64,000 nucleotides of DNA. Origin: the human T2T-CHM13v2.0 reference genome, Homo sapiens. The stretch is taken from the NCBI RefSeq assembly GCF_009914755.1, contig NC_060948.1, one strand, 5' to 3'. The notes under the pieces were generated by a model. The model searched no databases. It worked only from the letters and a program-made list of their open reading frames with translations, and had not been told where the DNA came from. The position numbers were made by a program, and so were the translations under genes. How positions within the stretch are numbered: position 1 is the stretch's first letter; every line of letters starts with the position of its first letter. Shown one piece after another: positions 53,424-64,000 of the stretch.

Positions 53424-54020
53424 TGTAAACCAAAAATAAAATAATAAGGTCCCCCCAACCATATGCATGAATCACTCTCTTTGGCCAAGGGAATTCCAAA
53501 GTTAACCTGAGAAACTTGTTCAGGCCATGATGGTAAGGTGAAGCCAGACATGACTCATTACACCCTCCTCCCTTTTGGAACTACTGATAGAACAGACTCT
53601 TTAAGTCTAATAAGAGATATTTACAATCTATTCTGTCTGAAGCCTGCTACCTAGAGGCTTCATCTGCATGACAAAACCTTTGTCTCTAAAACCCCTTATC
53701 ATAACCCAGACATTCCTTTCTATCAATAATTGCTCTTCCAACCAATTGCCAGTCAGAAAATCTTTGAGTCCGCCTATGACTTGAAAGCCCTCCACTTCCA
53801 ATTGTCCCCCCTTTCTGGACCAAACCAATGTACATCCTAAATGTATTGATTGATAACTTATTTCTCCATAAAATGTGTAAGACCAATTTATGGCCAGACC
53901 ACCCTTGGACACATGTTCTCAGGACCTCCTGAGGGCTGTGTCACAGGCCTTTGGTTACTCATGTTTGGCTCAGAATAAATCTCCTCAGAGATTTTACAGA
54001 TATTAAATTTTTTCACAACA
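53424..54020 (+). mobile_element. MER4-family solo LTR (MER4B/D-like)
   Basis: tgtaaaccaaaaataaaat...'gaagcctgctacct'...'ggctcagaataaatctc'...caaca. Exact 4-bp TSD gttc. Confidence 0.88.
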
Positions 54021-54402
54021 GTTCACTAGATGCATTAAAAGATACAACCTATTAGTTAAAAAAAAAGCAAAACATTCAAGCCCTTGGTTGTTATCTGTGA
54101 AAGCTGAAATGAAACTAAAAGAGAGTACTGAGTAAGACCTTTATTCTATCACAAGCACAGATTTCAGTGAGTCTGAGCTTTAGCCACTAGCCTCTAAGCT
54201 GATGCCCAAGGTAAAAATTATGCAGGGACAACAGACAGTACTTCTAAGACCTGTGGTTACTAAGAAGGTAGTCAATGTGGGGGAAGGGAAAAACCAAGTA
54301 ATGATTGGAACCAGTGGGTATAGTGTGAAAAAAAATTGTTTCATTTTGTAAATCTGTATCATCAAATTTCTGAGAAGCCTTTACTAAAATGGATTGTGAG
54401 AG

Positions 54403-55140
54403 TGTAACTGGCCAGTGGGTTTTTCTTGTCTGTTGCCCAGAGTGAGCAAATTTATCAAGACAGGGAAATGCCAATAGAGAAAGAGTTTAACTCATGCAGA
54501 GCTGGCTGAACAGGAGAATGGAGTGTTATTATTACTCAAATCAGTCTCCCTGAAAGTTCAGAGACTGAGTTTATTTTAAGAATAACTTGGGGGGTAGCGG
54601 AGAGTAAGTGGGGAGTGCTGATTTGTTGGGTCAGAGATAAAGTCATAGGGAATCAAGGCTGTCTTCTTGTGCTGAGTCAGATTATGGATTGTGGCCACAA
54701 GACCAGATGAGCCAGCTTATTGATCTGGGTTGTGCCAGCTGATCTATTGAGGACAGGGTCTGCAAAATATCTCAAGCACTGATCTTGGGTTTTACAATAG
54801 TGATGTTATCTCCAGGAGCAATTTTGGGAGGTTCCTCATCTTGCAGCCAGAACCTGCATGACTTCTCAACCATAATTTCTAATTGTGTAGCTAATTTGCT
54901 AGCCCTGCAAAGCAGTCTAGTCCCCAGCCAGGAAGGGAGTTTGTTTTGGAAAATAAGCTGTTATCATCTTTGTTTGAAAGTTAAACTATAGACTCAGTTT
55001 TCCCAAAGTTAGTTCAGCCTATGCCCAGCCCAGGAATGGACAAGGACAGCTTAGAGACAAGAAGCAAGATGGAGTCAGTTAGGTCGATCTCTTTCACTGT
55101 CATAATTTTCTCAGTTATAATTTTTTCAAAGGCAGTTTCA
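54403..55140 (-). mobile_element. LTR8-family solo LTR
   Basis: tgtaac...'ttattactcaaatcagtctccc'...'gggtctgcaaaatatctcaagcactgatc'...aaaggcagtttca. Confidence 0.8.
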
Positions 55141-55709
55141 CTGGGGACCTAAAGCTTTCTTACACAAGAGGGGATAAACTGATCTGGGGGTGGAGAAGAG
55201 AAGTTCCTAGGACTAGAATATAAAAATGTAAAGGTTGATATAATTATAAAGGTTGGAATGCTTTAACAGGTTTTATGTAAAGAAGTTGTGTCTCCTTTAG
55301 CTAAACATTTTATGAAACTGGATATTATATCTGAGTGGGGAACACTTTTCCTACCTAGTATCATAAAACAAAAACCAGTTGATAAAGTCCTAATGGAGGT
55401 TACAGTTGGGAAAGTAAGAGTTGATAAAATGAAAAGTTTATAGGCGAGTTTGTACACGTGAACATGATTTATATGAAGTGGTAGTGTCTCCTTTACTTGA
55501 TTGTATAATGAGCATGGACATTGTATCTGAATGGGAAATCTCCTACCCAGTTGTGTAAAATAGAAGAAATATAAATATGCCAATTTAGCAATATTAATTG
55601 GACATCATGTTAAACAGAAATCAGCAAGATTTTCTGAGCCCACAGAATGTAGAATAGAAGCTGGAGTTCTGGTAGGAATAAACTCTCCCTTTAATAGCCC
55701 TCTGTTCAG

Positions 55710-56140
55710 TGAGAGAAAAGAAAAATAGCTCAGAGCAATCTGAACTGTGTGAGGTATGCAGAACCAAGAGAAAATGAGTACAGGATTTTAGTCATCTCCC
55801 TCTGCTCACACTTATGCCTGGAGAAAATTTTTAAAAGTCATTTTGTTTCTGAATAGCTGTCTCACCCATTATTTTTATGTTCCTGGAATTCGTGATAAAA
55901 AGAACAATGTATAGCTGATCAATAGCTTATGTAATTTTAATGTAAATTCCGGGGAAACAACTCAGAAACTGACTCTTCTTTTCTTTACAAATCCACCTGT
56001 AACTGCTGCCAATTGAAGTTGTCCTGCCATATTCAGGACAATATGAATCTATGCTCTCAGGTTGCAAATTCTCAATTTTGGACCCAATAAAATCTCTACT
56101 TTTGTTAATTTTGCCCCAGCTTCTTCCATTTAGGTCAACA
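55710..56140 (+). mobile_element. ERV1 solo LTR (MER34/MER39-group-like)
   Basis: tgagagaaaagaaaaatagctcagagc...'aagaacaatgtatagc..atcaatagcttatg'...AATAAA...taggtcaaca. Confidence 0.7.
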
Positions 56141-56649
56141 AGTGTTAGCAGAGGTAGAGCTTATGGCAAAAGTGGGTGAGTGCCTCTCTGTGATGATTAC
56201 CTGGAAGTTTGGATTAAAATCTTTTTACTTGCAGGACATTTGGTGCTTTACTATGGGACATTAAGTGAAGCTACCCTTTATGATTGAAATGAAGCTACCC
56301 TTCATTTTATAAACCTCGAATACCAAACTATCTTGGGTGATGTCAGAGAAATACTCTAACATAGTAGCAGTGGCCAGAAGAGTTTCATAATAAAACTGAA
56401 ATTGTTTATACAGAATCTTGTTACCTGGGGAATCCAAAAAGAAGATACTCTTGAGAAGGAAACCTCTTTTTCCCTAGAAATGACTAAGAAACTGTGTCCA
56501 AAGCTGCTGGATTCTATCAAAAGTTTGAAAGTGCCCTATAAACAACCCTCTTCTGACTAACAAAGAGCTGCTTGGGATGTAAATGACAATTCTGAGGTGA
56601 ACAGATGACATCCTATTTGGAAGGATGCCAGTCTGATTAAAGAAGGTAA

Positions 56650-62379
<5,730 letters not shown>

Positions 62380-62478
62380 TTCTTATGCCCTAAATCAAGT
62401 CAAATATGATAGACTGATATAGAGATTATTTTTACAGGAAATGCACCAATAAAACGAACAAGTTTAACAACAACAATA
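62380..62478 (+). other. Putative L1 3'-transduced sequence with second poly(A) signal and tail
   Basis: About 86 nt of non-L1 sequence after the L1 tail, AATAAA at 62448-62453, an A-rich tail from 62466, then TSD aaa(g/a)aaggtaa at 56639-56649 and 62479-62489. Confidence 0.7.
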
Positions 62479-64000
62479 AAAAAAGGTAACAGCAACAACA
62501 AAATAACCCTGGTGGGATGAACTGCATTCTGTAAAATAAATAAATTAATAAATAATAAAAGCCCCTGTGCTTGGGTTTTTATTGATTCATGGGCAGTGGC
62601 CAATGGCTGGGCCACATGATCAGGCAGAAGGGCAATGAAAATCTGGCTTATTAATGGGATGCCCATATGACCTTATGGAAATTTGAGGAGTTCATTAAAG
62701 TAGAACATGTCTATGCTTATCAGAATAGCCCCTTTTCAGGTTCAGAACGTAATTAGAATTGACAAGCTGATATCCATCCACCATGCGATCCCTTGAAGTG
62801 GCTGCCTGGGTCCATGAAATGAGTGGATATAGGCATATTTCAGCAATTAAGAGATGAACTTAATCTAGACATGTTTCTCTTACACCCTATTAGACACATA
62901 ACAACAATAAAAATTCTTATGTATGCCAGCAAGGAGACAGAGCCTGCCAATGGTTATGTGGCAGATTCCCTGGTGGGAAGGCCATAAAACTAGCTGGCAA
63001 GTGGGACTGAAGCTGGTAGACCTGAGGGAGCTACAAATGGGTCTTGACAGGAAGAAACAGGTTCTGGACTAGGCTTTGATTATCCTGTGGAAGATGCAAA
63101 TGTTCAGAGTGTTGTAAGAAAACCAGAACAGAAGATATTGCATAGATGTGAATGGGCAAGCATCATTACTTCAGGCTGAGAGACCCACCATACAGGCAAT
63201 AACGTTCAACAGTGGGCAAAGATATCTCCTTTCAGAGTAATAGTTTGATAGAAAAGTGAAACAGGCAATGAAAACATTGGCTGCCTAAAACAAGGGGAGA
63301 TAAAAGAATAACGGAATGGCTTATGAATGTGAGCACAGGGCTTCATAAATGTGTGACCACACTCAACGTAAGTGGGGTTAAGGGAAGGTTCCCATTGGTT
63401 AGATTCCTTCACATTTCTGTGGTTTTTGTGAAGAGGGGATGGGAAAGAATGCCAGTGTGACTATGTGACCCTTGCCAAGAGAGGAGTATATTAATACAAG
63501 GACTATACTTTTTCCCTACATAACCTCAAAAAAATATTTCTCCTGTTTGATGCAGTGGTTCTAGGACCAGGGCAGTAAAAACAAGTGCTGAAAGCAGAGA
63601 CGATTTTTAAGAAAGAAACTATAACTATGTATTAAAGCTTTATGTCAGAATTTCAAAAGGCCAGATGTGGGTGGATGTTGCCTTCACCACATCTGGCAAA
63701 ATTGGAGTTAACAGTGAATGTAGCTACATTTTCTGGAGGTAACAATAGCTATCTAAATGTGAATGGACTGAGGAGGAGGTACCTGCTAGACTAGTGCTTG
63801 CAACGTAGATCAACACGACTGCTTATTCTAATGTCTCATCCAAAGGTGGAAGTCTGAGTATTAATGGAGAGATGGAATAATAGCTGAGGGTAAAGGGATG
63901 AATAAATGGGTTTTGAATTGAGGGAAATCCTATATTACTTTAAAACCTCAAAAGAGGCTTAAAGAAAGATTATATTGTCTCTTAGCTCAAGTATGCCAGA

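Overview
This window is primate (probably human) genomic DNA and is almost entirely nested transposable elements. It has no intact protein-coding gene, RNA gene or CRISPR array that I can support. Nearly all ORFs in the track are broken L1, ERV, MaLR or Alu frames. Contents: (1) four large L1 blocks: an L1P4/L1PA15-16-like block (+, about 5.6-14.6 kb), two L1MA/L1M1-like blocks (-, about 15.4-24.2 kb and 38.9-42.8 kb), and a near-full-length L1PA6/7-like copy (+, 56.65-62.38 kb); (2) a full-length RPL26 processed pseudogene with two nonsense codons; (3) a class-I ERV remnant (LTR, tRNA-Ile-like PBS, pol, env) whose pol segment is inverted relative to its LTR and env; (4) an ERVL/MER21-type internal region split by several LTRs and an L1; (5) an LTR12 solo LTR; (6) many MaLR LTRs, five Alus, MADE1, L2 and MIR. 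I found no convincing previously undescribed biological system. The best leads are rearrangement and retrotransposition events: the THE1-bounded inversion inside the provirus, an L1 3' transduction, chimeric L1 junctions, a 44-bp Tigger2-like hairpin made only of TIRs, a tail-less Alu, a 272-aa MaLR ORF behind a complete LTR, and a possible 18-nt microexon. Repeat subfamily names come from my recall of consensus sequences and were not checked by any search. Boundaries are approximate unless a TSD is quoted.
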